64,000 nt of DNA from Dehalococcoidia bacterium (GTDB taxonomy: Bacteria > Chloroflexota > Dehalococcoidia > Lucifugimonadales > GCA-2712585): positions 1,217,926 through 1,281,925 of the forward strand of contig OZ253467.1 of the NCBI GenBank assembly GCA_965261665.1, read 5' to 3'. Below are positions 27,991 to 36,560 of this stretch, in pieces. The position numbers were made by a program, and so were the translations under genes. Every line of letters begins with the position of its first letter. Within the stretch, counting starts at the first letter, position 1. The notes under the pieces were generated by a model. The model was not told the DNA's origin. It was given only the letters and a program-made list of their open reading frames with translations, and made no database searches.

Positions 27991-28391
27991 CGACGGTTGT
28001 CGACGCGTCCGTACTAGTAGCGGCGCTGGTGGAGCCCGGGGGCGATGGCAGGTGGGCGGAATCTACGCTTGCCGAGGGCAATTTGGCCGGTCCGGAGTTG
28101 GCTATGGTAGAGGCCAGCAACATCCTGCGCCGTTTGGAGAGGCGTGAGCAGATATCTCGGTTGAAGGCTACCAGCGCTCATAAGGACCTGCTTCGGCTGG
28201 AGATCGAGCTGTTTCCCTTTGCACCTTTCGCTGAGCGTGTATGGGCGTTGCGTGGAAATCTGACCAGCTACGACGCATGGTACGTTGCACTGGCAGAGGC
28301 GCTGAATTGTCCGTTGGCGACGCTGGACCGGAGGCTGAGTCGCGCTCGCGGGCCAGTCTGTGAGGTTGTTGTTCCGCCCCGTTCCCGATAG
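27987..28391 (+). CDS. vapC: PIN-domain toxin VapC
   Basis: 134 aa with an N-terminal VVDASVLV (first acidic residue), EASN, and a DAWYVALAE...LATLD pattern. Confidence 0.8.
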   Translation: MTTVVDASVLVAALVEPGGDGRWAESTLAEGNLAGPELAMVEASNILRRLERREQISRLKATSAHKDLLRLEIELFPFAPFAERVWALRGNLTSYDAWYVALAEALNCPLATLDRRLSRARGPVCEVVVPPRSR

Positions 28392-28436
28392 GGGGAATCA
28401 ACCGCATGGAGATAAGACTATCTTGGAGGTTTGGTT

Positions 28437-28910
28437 ATGAAGAGTGATGCGTCGACGGTGGAGGAGTATATTTCTGAGTTGAGTGAGGAGCGTCGGGAGG
28501 CGGTTACGACGGTGTGGGAGGTGGTGTTGGCGAATCTTCCTTCGGGGTACGAGGAGGTGATGGACTTCGGGATGATCGCCTACGTGGTGCCTCTTTCCGT
28601 CTGCCCCAAGACTTACAACGGGCATCCGCTGATGTACGCGGGCATTGCGTCGGAGAAGAACTACGTGTCGGTGCATCTGATGAACATCTACGCCAACCAG
28701 GATACGCAGCGGTGGTTTGTGGAGAGCTACGAGGCGACGGGGAAGCGGATGAACATGGGGAAGTCTTGCGTGCGGTTTCGGAAGTTGGAGGACCTGCCGT
28801 TGGAGCTGATTGGGGAGGCGGTGGGCAAGACGTCTATGGAGGATTGGATTGCGGTGTACGAGGCGTTGCGTCGGCCGCGTCGTCGTCGGAAAGTTAGGGG
28901 GAAAGAGTAG
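28437..28910 (+). CDS. DUF1801 (YdhG-like) domain protein
   Basis: STVEEYISELSEERREAV...KNYVSVHLM...MGKSCVRFRKLEDLPLELIGE. The C-terminal tail is basic. Confidence 0.65.
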   Translation: MKSDASTVEEYISELSEERREAVTTVWEVVLANLPSGYEEVMDFGMIAYVVPLSVCPKTYNGHPLMYAGIASEKNYVSVHLMNIYANQDTQRWFVESYEATGKRMNMGKSCVRFRKLEDLPLELIGEAVGKTSMEDWIAVYEALRRPRRRRKVRGKE

Positions 28911-28937
28911 GAAGGTGGGTGGATAGGGACGGGCGTG

Positions 28938-29170
28938 GTGGTGACGAGATTCCTCAAGGGACTTGGAATGACATGCAACGAGATTCTTCGGCTGCGCTCT
29001 GGATCACAGGTGTGTGATGAGGGAGAATGGGCAGGTTTGAAACCTGCCCCTACGGAGAAGGGGTTGGTGGATGTGAGGACATGGGAAAGATGGGTCCCCG
29101 CCCCCGTCCCCTGTCTGCACGGGGGCAAGCTTTCGACACGAGGGCAGGCTATGCGCGAGGACAAGGGGTG
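28938..29170 (+). repeat. mosaic of hairpin repeat families
   Basis: Two gagattc(c/t)tc...g(g)aat(g/c)ac elements are followed by GGGCAGGTTTGAAACCTGCCCCTAC (29029-29053) and a gggtccccGCCCCCGt...CGGGGGCaagc element (29089-29166). Confidence 0.85.
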
Positions 29171-29174
29171 GGGG

Positions 29175-30416
29175 TTAGTATTCGAAGAGGACGGTTTCGA
29201 CGTCTTCGATGTCGGCGTTGGCGGTGAAGCGCCAGACGCCTATGTAGCCGCGGCTGAGGTCGCCGTTGGCGTCCCAGTCGGCGGAGACGGCGGCACCTTC
29301 GTAGTCTATTTCTTCCCCATTGCTAAGGAGTTGGAGGGCGTTGGCGATGTCGTCGGGGGTGGCTTGGACTACTGTCCCGGGCGGGGAGCCGATGGCTCGC
29401 AGGTGGTCGCGGATGGACGCTCCTTCTATGGCGCCTGCGGCTTGGGTGGCTAGGGCGATGCCTACTACGGCGTCGTAGGTCTCCTTCATGTAAGGAACGT
29501 GGGGGAGTGAGCCGTACTCGTCGATGAAGGCCTGGTCCCATGCTTGGGTGGCCTCGCTTTCCGGGGCGGGTTCGCCGGCGGTGCCGTACATTCCGGCGAG
29601 ATGCTCCGCGCCGACACCCTGGATAAGGCTGAGCCGCTTTGCGGCGTCGCCGAAAGTGAAGTTCTCGTAGAGGCCGCTGCTGACGGCTTCCTTCACCAAA
29701 GGCAGGGCGACGGACTCGGAGGCGATGACAACGAGGGCTTGGGGGCTGTTGGCGGCGCTTTCTCGCAGTTGGGGCAGGAAGGAATCTTGCTGTAGCTCGA
29801 CGGAGACTGGGCGGATTTGGCCAGTCCACGCATCTTGGAAAGTCTCGGCGAGACCTCGACCCCAAGCGTCGTTTTGGTAGATGAGGCCGACGTTGTCGAA
29901 GCCCTGATCGCGGGTCACCTGAGCTAGGACCGGTCCCTGGGCGATGTCGGAGAGGGCGGTACGGAAGAAGAAGTCGTCGTCCTCAACGTGGGAAAGGAGG
30001 GGCGAGGTGGCGGAGGGGCTGATGGTGGGGATTTGCCGGGGGCCGGAGATTTCCCTGGCGACGGGGAGGGAGGCGGAGCTGGTGTTGGGGCCGACGATGG
30101 CTTGGATGCCTACGATGTCCACGAGCTCGAGGACTCTTTCGAGGGCGACTTCGGGGTCGCTGGTTGCGTCGATGGCGAAGCCTTGAACGGGTTGTCCGAG
30201 GATGCCGTCGGCCTGGTTTAGCTGATTGACGGCGAGGTCGAAGGCTTGCTGTCGGGCCCGAGAGGCTTCCGGGGAGTCGGTGAAGTTCAGCACGAGGCCG
30301 ATTTTCAGGGAATCCTGGGTTGGGGGAGCGTCGGCGTCGTTGGCGCAAGCAAGGATGAGGCCGACGGCGAGGGCGAGAAGGAGGGCGGCGACGGTTTTTG
30401 TGAGGGTCGGAGGCAT
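29175..30416 (-). CDS. ABC transporter periplasmic substrate-binding lipoprotein (LivK/Peripla_BP_6-like)
   Basis: The start is taken at the ATG at 30416 (MPPTLTKTVAALLLALAVGLILACAN, lipobox). It shows the type I periplasmic-binding-fold pattern. The ORF extends to 30548. Confidence 0.75.
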   Translation of the reverse strand: MPPTLTKTVAALLLALAVGLILACANDADAPPTQDSLKIGLVLNFTDSPEASRARQQAFDLAVNQLNQADGILGQPVQGFAIDATSDPEVALERVLELVDIVGIQAIVGPNTSSASLPVAREISGPRQIPTISPSATSPLLSHVEDDDFFFRTALSDIAQGPVLAQVTRDQGFDNVGLIYQNDAWGRGLAETFQDAWTGQIRPVSVELQQDSFLPQLRESAANSPQALVVIASESVALPLVKEAVSSGLYENFTFGDAAKRLSLIQGVGAEHLAGMYGTAGEPAPESEATQAWDQAFIDEYGSLPHVPYMKETYDAVVGIALATQAAGAIEGASIRDHLRAIGSPPGTVVQATPDDIANALQLLSNGEEIDYEGAAVSADWDANGDLSRGYIGVWRFTANADIEDVETVLFEY

Positions 30417-30562
30417 CTCTTTCACCGAAGAGGGAATTGGGGATGATGATAGAGGGTAGGGGGTTGGTGTTTCAATGGCTGTGGCGTGGTTAGTCGAGGG
30501 CAGGCGAGAACGTGGTGATATACTCGGGAGCGTCAGAGGACATGGCACGGAGGTGTTGTGAG

Positions 30563-31117
30563 ATGAGATTTTTGGCGGTATTGATGTGTCTAGCGTTGAT
30601 GGCGTTGGGCTTGACGGCCTGCGGCGGTTCCGAGGGTCCTTCGGCTGAGGAGAAGAATGTGCCGCCGGATATTACGCTGCTGCAGGCGATAGACTTCGAT
30701 AACGTTAAGATGGTGCAGCGTCACATGGAATACGGAACGGACCCCAACGAGGTGTTCATTCCGGAGGGCTACCCCTTCGCTGGCGCGTCGGCGCTTCACC
30801 AGGCGGTATTGAAGAACAATGTGGAGATTGTGCGGCTGCTGTTGGAGAGCGGGGCGGATCTTGAGATAAGGGCGAGGGATGAGTTCAAGGGGACGCCCCT
30901 CATTTGGGCTGCCTACTGGGGACTGTTCGACATGGCGAAGCTGCTGTTGGAAGAGGGAGCGGACGTCAACATACCGGATTCCTACGGGAGTACGCCGCTG
31001 GATGCGGCCAGCGTGGAGAATCCCTTCATCGGCAAGGAAGACGCGGATGGGTTCATTGAGAACCGGGAGAGGATTCGGACGTTGCTACGGGAGAATGGGG
31101 GAACTGGGGGCAAGTAG
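30563..31117 (+). CDS. ankyrin-repeat lipoprotein
   Basis: MRFLAVLMCLALMALGLTACGG is a lipobox. At least 3 ANK repeats follow (SALHQAVLKNNVEIVRLLLESGADLE; TPLIWAAYWGLFDMAKLLLEEGADVN; TPLDAA). A GGAGGTG RBS precedes the ATG at 30563. Confidence 0.8.
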   Translation: MRFLAVLMCLALMALGLTACGGSEGPSAEEKNVPPDITLLQAIDFDNVKMVQRHMEYGTDPNEVFIPEGYPFAGASALHQAVLKNNVEIVRLLLESGADLEIRARDEFKGTPLIWAAYWGLFDMAKLLLEEGADVNIPDSYGSTPLDAASVENPFIGKEDADGFIENRERIRTLLRENGGTGGK

Positions 31118-31131
31118 TTGGAGAGAGGTTG

Positions 31132-31498
31132 GGGGATGGATTCCCGCCTTCGGAGACCTTTACATAACCGTCATTCCGGCCCTGAGCCAGAATCCAGAGG
31201 TGGGGATTTAGGATTGAACCCCATGCCTATTCTGTCCAATATGGTCTCTCACTAGCAGTTATGCAAAGGTCTCCCTTCGCGGGAAAAACGGATAGGGAGG
31301 GCAACCATAAGGGTTGGACCAGCGGGGCCAGGCATGGATTTCCGCCGATGTCTTTACGGGGGTGGGCTATGTGGGGAATGGATTCTCGCCCCAGTCTTCA
31401 CGAGAGCAGGCTCTTCGCGGGAAAAACCGGGGGGGAGAAGAGTATCGTGAGGGGGACGATATTCCGCGGGAATGTCAGTGGGGGTGAAGGGTGGGGGA
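31132..31498 (+). repeat. mosaic of hairpin repeats with a nested MITE
   Basis: A ggattcccgccttc...cttcgcgggaa hairpin is split by the MITE. gggaatggattctcgccccagtcttcacgagagcaggctcttcgcggg is at about 31375. Confidence 0.8.
31152..31274 (+). mobile_element. 123-bp MITE, copy 2
   Basis: The terminal inverted repeats are GGAGACCTTTACATAAC (31152-31168) and GTTATGCAAAGGTCTCC (31258-31274). A 4-bp direct repeat CTTC is at 31148-31151 and 31275-31278. Removing the element restores the hairpin TTCCCGC-CTTC-GCGGGAA. Confidence 0.8.
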
Positions 31499-32283
31499 GG
31501 GCGACCACAAGGGTCGCCCCTACAGAAGAGGGGACGGAGCGGCATGATGTTGGAGGGGGAAGGGTGGTTCACGAACCGCCCCTGCGGGGGGTTGGTCGCA
31601 CGGTCGCATGTAACGGGCGACCACAAGGGTCGCCCCTACGGGAAGGGGGGACGGAGTGGGATGATGTTTGAGGGAAGGGCGGTTCACGAACCGCCCCTAC
31701 GGGGGGTTGGTCGCACGGTCGCATGTAACGGGCGAGCACAAGGGACGCCCCTACGGGAAGAGGGGACGGAGAGGCATGATGTTGGAGGGGGAAAGGCGGT
31801 CCCCGAACCGCCCCTACGGGGGGTTGGTCGCACGGTCGCATGTAACGGGCGACCACAAGGGACGTCCCTACGAGAAGAGGGGATGGAGAGGCATGATGTT
31901 GGAGGGGGAAAGGCGGTTCCCGAACCGCCCCTACGGGGGGTTGTCGCACGGTCGCATGTAACGGGCGATCACGAGGGACGCCCCTATGGTAAGGGGGGAC
32001 GGAGTGGGATGACGTGGGAAGGGGAAGGGTGGTTCCCGAACCGCTCCTATGGGGGTTGGCCGCACGGTCGCATGTAACGGGCGATCACGAGGGACGCCCC
32101 TACGGGAAGAATGGACGGAGTGGGATGACGTGGGAGAGGAAAGGGCGGTTCCCGAACCGCCCCTACGGGGGGTTGGCCGCACGGTCGCATGTAACGGGCG
32201 ACCACGAGGGACGCCCCTACGGGAAGAATGGACGGAGTGGGATGACGTGGGAGAGGAAAGGGCGGTTCGGGAACGGCCCCTAC
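31499..32283 (+). repeat. higher-order tandem array: 7 units of about 116 bp, each with two different REP-like hairpins
   Basis: GGGCGACCACAAGGGTCGCCCCTAC-type hairpins start at 31499, 31615, 31730, 31847, 31963, 32079 and 32196. They alternate with GGG(C/T)GGTTC(A/C)CGAACCGCCCCTAC-type hairpins. The linkers are conserved (..acggagyggsatgatgttggaggg.. and ggggggttggtcgcacggtcgcatgtaac). Confidence 0.9.
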
Positions 32284-32393
32284 GAATTGCCAAGAACGTC
32301 GGCGTCAAGAGCATAGTGGCGGTCTATTTGCATAGTAATGGCGGGTATGGAGTTGTGAGGGGATTGGGCCGGAATTGCGGATGGGCCAGCTTG

Positions 32394-32402
32394 TGATAAA
32401 AT
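32394..32402 (+). promoter_or_regulatory. candidate extended -10 element upstream of the repeat-protein gene
   Basis: TGATAAAAT (TGn + TAAAAT) lies 36 nt upstream of the ATG at 32438. A GAGGAGGA RBS is at about 32426. Confidence 0.3.
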
Positions 32403-32437
32403 TAGAGAAATTAGATATGTAGAAATGAGGAGGAAAG

Positions 32438-33805
32438 ATGCCGCTAGGCAATCTAGGAAATAGCATTAGGAATAGTATCGTTGGGACAATCAGGGGCGTG
32501 GGGGATGTGGTGGGTTCGACTATTGACACTACTAAAGACACCACCGTGAAGGCCCTTCAGGGCGTGAGGGACATAGGGAAGGAAGCAACGGGCACAGTGA
32601 CAGAAGTGGTAACTGGGGTGATTCACGGGGCGGTGGAAGTGGGCGCCGACGTGGGGGGGGCGGCCAAGGGGGCCGTGATAGGGACTATTCTGGGAGTGGG
32701 AGAGGTGACGACGGTTACCGCCGGAACGCTGAGCGACACTGTGCGGGCGGCCATCAGGGGCACCCGTGAGGTAGGTGGAGACGTGGCGGAGGCGGGCCGT
32801 GGCGCGGCTGAAGGGGCGATTTCCACGACGAAGTCTTTGACGTTGAGTCTGGAGGACGCGGCGTCCAGCGTGGCCGTGGGGGCTATCAGGGGAGCGAATG
32901 ACGTGGGGAGCGAGTTGACGATAACGGCCAAATCGATAGTTGTGGGGACCGCGAACGGCGCAGAGGAGGCCGGGGCCAGCGTTACAGGGGCGATTTTCAA
33001 CAGTGCGCGGGGTCTGATCAAAGGCACTTCCGAAGTGGGCGGCGACGTGGCAGGGGTAGCCCAAAGCGCCGCAGAGGGCGCGATAACCACCAGCAAGTCG
33101 TTAGCAATCAGCTTGGAAGACGCCGCGTCCGGCGTGGCTCGAGGAGCCATTAACGGGGCGCACGACGTGGGGAGCGACCTGGGCAATACGGCCAAGTCTG
33201 TAGTTGTGGGGAGCGTTAGCGGCGCGGAAGAGATTGGCGGCAGCGCGACGTCGGCCATCTCCAACAGCGCCCAGGGGTTGATAAGAGGCGCATCCGACGT
33301 GGGCGGCGACGTAGCCGGTGTGGCCCGCAGTGCCGCCGAGGGCGCGATTAGCACCAGCAAGTCGGTGGTAGTCAGTCTGGAGGATGCGGCGTCCAGCGTG
33401 GCTCGTGGGGCCATCCAAGCCACCCATGAGGTAGGCGCAGACGTGATCGAAACGGCCAAGTCGGTTGTAGTGGGGAGCGCCAACGGGGCTGAGGAGATAG
33501 GCGGTAGCGTGACCGTGGCAGTCTCCAACAGCGCCCGAGGCGTGATTCAGGGAACGTCCGACGTGGGCGGCGACCTGGGCACGGCGGCACGTAGCGCGGT
33601 GGAGGGCGCTATTGATAGCGCGAAGTCCGTGAGCGTAAAGGCCGAGGATGCGGCATCGGCCGCGGCTACAGGAGCCATTGAGGCGGCAAGCGCCATCAGC
33701 GATTCCGCCGGCCAGACGGTGCGGAATGCCGTGACCGGAACTATCGGCGGCGTGTCGGTGGTCGTGAAGGCTCCCTTCAACCAGGGCGAAGAGAAAAAGT
33801 CTTAA
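32438..33805 (+). CDS. Gly/Ala/Val/Ser-rich protein made entirely of 22-residue (2 x 11-mer) repeats; function unknown
   Basis: 455-aa ORF with no signal peptide or TM segment. The 88-aa super-repeat starts at residues 106, 194, 282 and 370 (I(R/K/Q)G(T/A)S(E/D)VGGD(V/L)). The DNA period is 264 bp from 32753 to about 33697. The RBS is strong. Confidence 0.8.
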   Translation: MPLGNLGNSIRNSIVGTIRGVGDVVGSTIDTTKDTTVKALQGVRDIGKEATGTVTEVVTGVIHGAVEVGADVGGAAKGAVIGTILGVGEVTTVTAGTLSDTVRAAIRGTREVGGDVAEAGRGAAEGAISTTKSLTLSLEDAASSVAVGAIRGANDVGSELTITAKSIVVGTANGAEEAGASVTGAIFNSARGLIKGTSEVGGDVAGVAQSAAEGAITTSKSLAISLEDAASGVARGAINGAHDVGSDLGNTAKSVVVGSVSGAEEIGGSATSAISNSAQGLIRGASDVGGDVAGVARSAAEGAISTSKSVVVSLEDAASSVARGAIQATHEVGADVIETAKSVVVGSANGAEEIGGSVTVAVSNSARGVIQGTSDVGGDLGTAARSAVEGAIDSAKSVSVKAEDAASAAATGAIEAASAISDSAGQTVRNAVTGTIGGVSVVVKAPFNQGEEKKS

Positions 33806-33857
33806 CCAAGGGCGCGGGAAATCCGGGCGAAAGTCCGTCAGAAATAGGAAATAGTTT

Positions 33858-33900
33858 GGGGCCAGTCGCACGCGATTCTTGCGGCTGGCCCCTTCTGTTG
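33858..33900 (+). terminator. candidate intrinsic terminator
   Basis: GGGGCCAG(tcgca)...(tgcgg)CTGGCCCC forms a hairpin followed by ttctgttg, 53 nt after the stop at 33805. Confidence 0.45.
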
Positions 33901-33974
33901 AACTTTTGGAGTTGGCGGTTGACTCGGAGCGAAGTTGCAGGGCGGAAATTGTCGGAAACACAAAGGCGTAAGAA

Positions 33975-34964
33975 TTGAAGCATCCTAGAAGAAGACGCGT
34001 AACCGTTCCAGTATCCAGCAGGTTTCTGCGGATGGTCCAGAGGATCCAGCTGATGGCTGAGATCTTTGGGCTAGGGCTTGCAAAGCTCAAGCGGGAACTG
34101 GGGGTTACCAGGCTGGGCAGAACTTTCGTGGCGCGTCTGACCGTTCGGGTGGTCCAGGAATTGGGGGACGACGACGCGACGCACATGGCGGCCAGCGTGA
34201 GCTACTACGCCGTGCTTTCGCTCTTTCCGCTGGTGCTGGGGTTGAGTACCATCATTAGCACGGTGGCCAATTCTCCGGGCCGGCAGGACCAAGTAATAGA
34301 GTTCATTGTAGACTATCTGCCCGGCTCGGAGGCATTTGTGCGCGATACGCTGTCCAGCCTGGCAAAGTACAACGCGGCCTTCGGCATCGTTTCCTTCTTC
34401 AGCTTGTTGTGGGCGGGCAGCGCCGTGTTCGGGGGCATTACTCGAGCGGTGAACCGGGCGTGGGACGTGGAGAAGGACCTGCCATTCTACAAAAATAAGC
34501 CGAGGCAGATGTTGATGGCCGCCGGGGTTTCGCTGCTGTTCTTTCTCTCTGTTGGCACCACCTCGTTGTTTCGATGGGCGGCGTCCATAGACGTTGGGGG
34601 CGCCCCCTTAGAACAGCAGATCGGTGGAGTGATGACGGTGATTCTGATGGAGATTCCGGTGCTGCTGGTGAATTTCCTCATCTTCGCGATCATCTATAAA
34701 TTCCTGCCCAACACCAAGACTCACTGGCGGTATATTTGGCTGGGAGCGGTAATTGCGGCGGGGCTATTTGAAGCGGGGAAGCACCTGTTCATCTGGTATT
34801 TAGACAACTTTGCCGACTACAGTGAGTTGTACGGAAGTGTGGCATCGGTGGTGGTTCTGATGGTCTGGGCTTACTTCTCAGCCTTCATCCTGATATTGGG
34901 CGCGGAGATTGCTTCCGAGTACCGCAGGTTGAAGTTGGCGATTGAGCGGGGCCATGAGGATTGA
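33975..34964 (+). CDS. YihY/BrkB (ribonuclease BN-like) family membrane protein
   Basis: AASVSYYAVLSLFPLVLGL, multiple TM helices, and a C-terminal WAYFSAFILILGAEIASEY. The start is uncertain (TTG at 33975, ATG at 34032 or 34053). Confidence 0.8.
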   Translation: MKHPRRRRVTVPVSSRFLRMVQRIQLMAEIFGLGLAKLKRELGVTRLGRTFVARLTVRVVQELGDDDATHMAASVSYYAVLSLFPLVLGLSTIISTVANSPGRQDQVIEFIVDYLPGSEAFVRDTLSSLAKYNAAFGIVSFFSLLWAGSAVFGGITRAVNRAWDVEKDLPFYKNKPRQMLMAAGVSLLFFLSVGTTSLFRWAASIDVGGAPLEQQIGGVMTVILMEIPVLLVNFLIFAIIYKFLPNTKTHWRYIWLGAVIAAGLFEAGKHLFIWYLDNFADYSELYGSVASVVVLMVWAYFSAFILILGAEIASEYRRLKLAIERGHED

Positions 34965-35008
34965 CGTCCTATTTTCTCTCAGAAAAAGCAACGTAAAGGA
35001 GGTTTATC

Positions 35009-35797
35009 ATGCCCTACCTAGTAACGACCGACGGCGTACCTCTCTATTTCGAGGATGAAGGGCCGAGGAACAACAGCGCCATATTTCTGATACATGCCGA
35101 GCCTTTCAACACCAAGTTCTGGCAGAAGAACATCGGCCCGATGGCCAAAGAGGTGCGGGTGGTTTCTATGGACGTGAGGGGACGGGGAGAGTCCGGCAAG
35201 ACGGACCAGGGTCACAATCTAGCCCAGTACGCCCGCGACTTCCGGTTCATGCTTGAAAGTTTGGGACTAGAACGCGTGGTGGCGGCGGGCTGGTCTATGG
35301 GGAGCGCCATTTTGTGGCGCTACGTGGAGATGTTCGGCGAAGACAGGATGGCGGGATTTGCAGACGTGGACCAGCGGCCGTACCGGTTTCGATCCTTCGA
35401 CGACCTGCTGGAGAAGTTAGAGGCGATCCGGAATTTCCGGCTTGAGGACCATCGGAAGGCAGTTGTGGACTATTTCGGGCCGGAGGCGAAGGTCTCGGAA
35501 GGGTTGATAGACTGGATGGCCTACGAGTGCATGAAGACGCCAACGTCGACACACCGGGCGGCGGCGTGGGAGTCGTACTTTGCCGACTTCCGGCCTGTGC
35601 TGAAGACAATGGACGCGCCCAGCAGAGTATTTTGGGCGCGGTACGGAGTTATTGACGAGCCGACGGCCCGGTTGCTGCTGGGGGGTTTGAAGAACTCAAA
35701 GGAAGTATTTTTTGAGCATAGCGGGCACCTGCTGTCGTGGACGGAGAAGGAGAAATTCAATGCGGCAATGCTGGATTTTGCGAGGGAGGTTCTTTAG
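35009..35797 (+). CDS. alpha/beta-fold hydrolase
   Basis: 262 aa with an LIHAEPFN oxyanion region, a GWSMGS nucleophile elbow (GxSxG) and a C-terminal HSGH. Confidence 0.8.
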   Translation: MPYLVTTDGVPLYFEDEGPRNNSAIFLIHAEPFNTKFWQKNIGPMAKEVRVVSMDVRGRGESGKTDQGHNLAQYARDFRFMLESLGLERVVAAGWSMGSAILWRYVEMFGEDRMAGFADVDQRPYRFRSFDDLLEKLEAIRNFRLEDHRKAVVDYFGPEAKVSEGLIDWMAYECMKTPTSTHRAAAWESYFADFRPVLKTMDAPSRVFWARYGVIDEPTARLLLGGLKNSKEVFFEHSGHLLSWTEKEKFNAAMLDFAREVL

Positions 35798-35893
35798 GGT
35801 CGTAAGCGTGGTTTGGCGCGTGTCAATGTAATTTCACTGAGTGGGGTGGTGGGGTTGTATGAAAGACGACGAGATTCTCCTGGCTTGGAAAAC

Positions 35894-36559
35894 TTATAAC
35901 TCGTACTCTTTCAAGTCCTGCGCAACCTTTAACGTCGGCTCCGTCAGGGCCTGCACAGCCGCCGCCGTCCAATCGGGCGCGATCTCCCTCAGAATCATTC
36001 CTGCGGGCGTAACCTCTATCACCGCCAAGTCCGTCACCACCAGGCTTACGCACCCTCGCCCCGTCAGCGGAAACGTGCATTCTCTCACCACTTTGGGCCG
36101 ATTCCGACGGTCGGTGTGCTCCATCGCCACGATGACTCGCTTCGCCCCCACCGCCAGGTCCATCGCCCCGCCGATGTTTCCCACTCCTCTCTGCGGCAGC
36201 ATCCAGTTCGCCAGGTCGCCCCTCTCCGAGACCTGCAGCGCCCCCAGCACCGTAACATCGACGTGGCCCCCCCGAATCATCGCAAACGCCTCGTCCGACC
36301 CAAAGAAGGACATCCCGGGCACCCAACTCAGGAACTGCCCGCCCGCGTTGATTAAGTCGTAGTCCTTCTCGTAATCCTCCGCCAGCGGGCCGTAGTTCAG
36401 CACCCCGCTTTCGCTGTGATACGACACGGACTGCTCTCCCTCCAGGTAGTTGGACACCAGTGTAGGAATACCGATTCCCAGGTTCACCACCGCGTTGGCG
36501 GGCAGCTCCTTGGCCACCCGCATTGCGATTACGTCCCTCGGCAGACGCTCCTTATCCAA
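35894..36559 (-). CDS. 3-oxoacid CoA-transferase subunit B
   Basis: 221 aa with VNLGIGIPT, SESGVL (catalytic Glu region) and MGGAMDL motifs. Confidence 0.85.
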   Translation of the reverse strand: MDKERLPRDVIAMRVAKELPANAVVNLGIGIPTLVSNYLEGEQSVSYHSESGVLNYGPLAEDYEKDYDLINAGGQFLSWVPGMSFFGSDEAFAMIRGGHVDVTVLGALQVSERGDLANWMLPQRGVGNIGGAMDLAVGAKRVIVAMEHTDRRNRPKVVRECTFPLTGRGCVSLVVTDLAVIEVTPAGMILREIAPDWTAAAVQALTEPTLKVAQDLKEYEL

Positions 36560-36560
36560 G

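Noticed and set aside
24949-28400. The tRNA-adjacent islet could be an intact integrative element.
   Set aside because: No integrase or recombinase ORF is present, and I could find no direct repeat of the tRNA 3' end by eye. It is reported only as a probable remnant islet.
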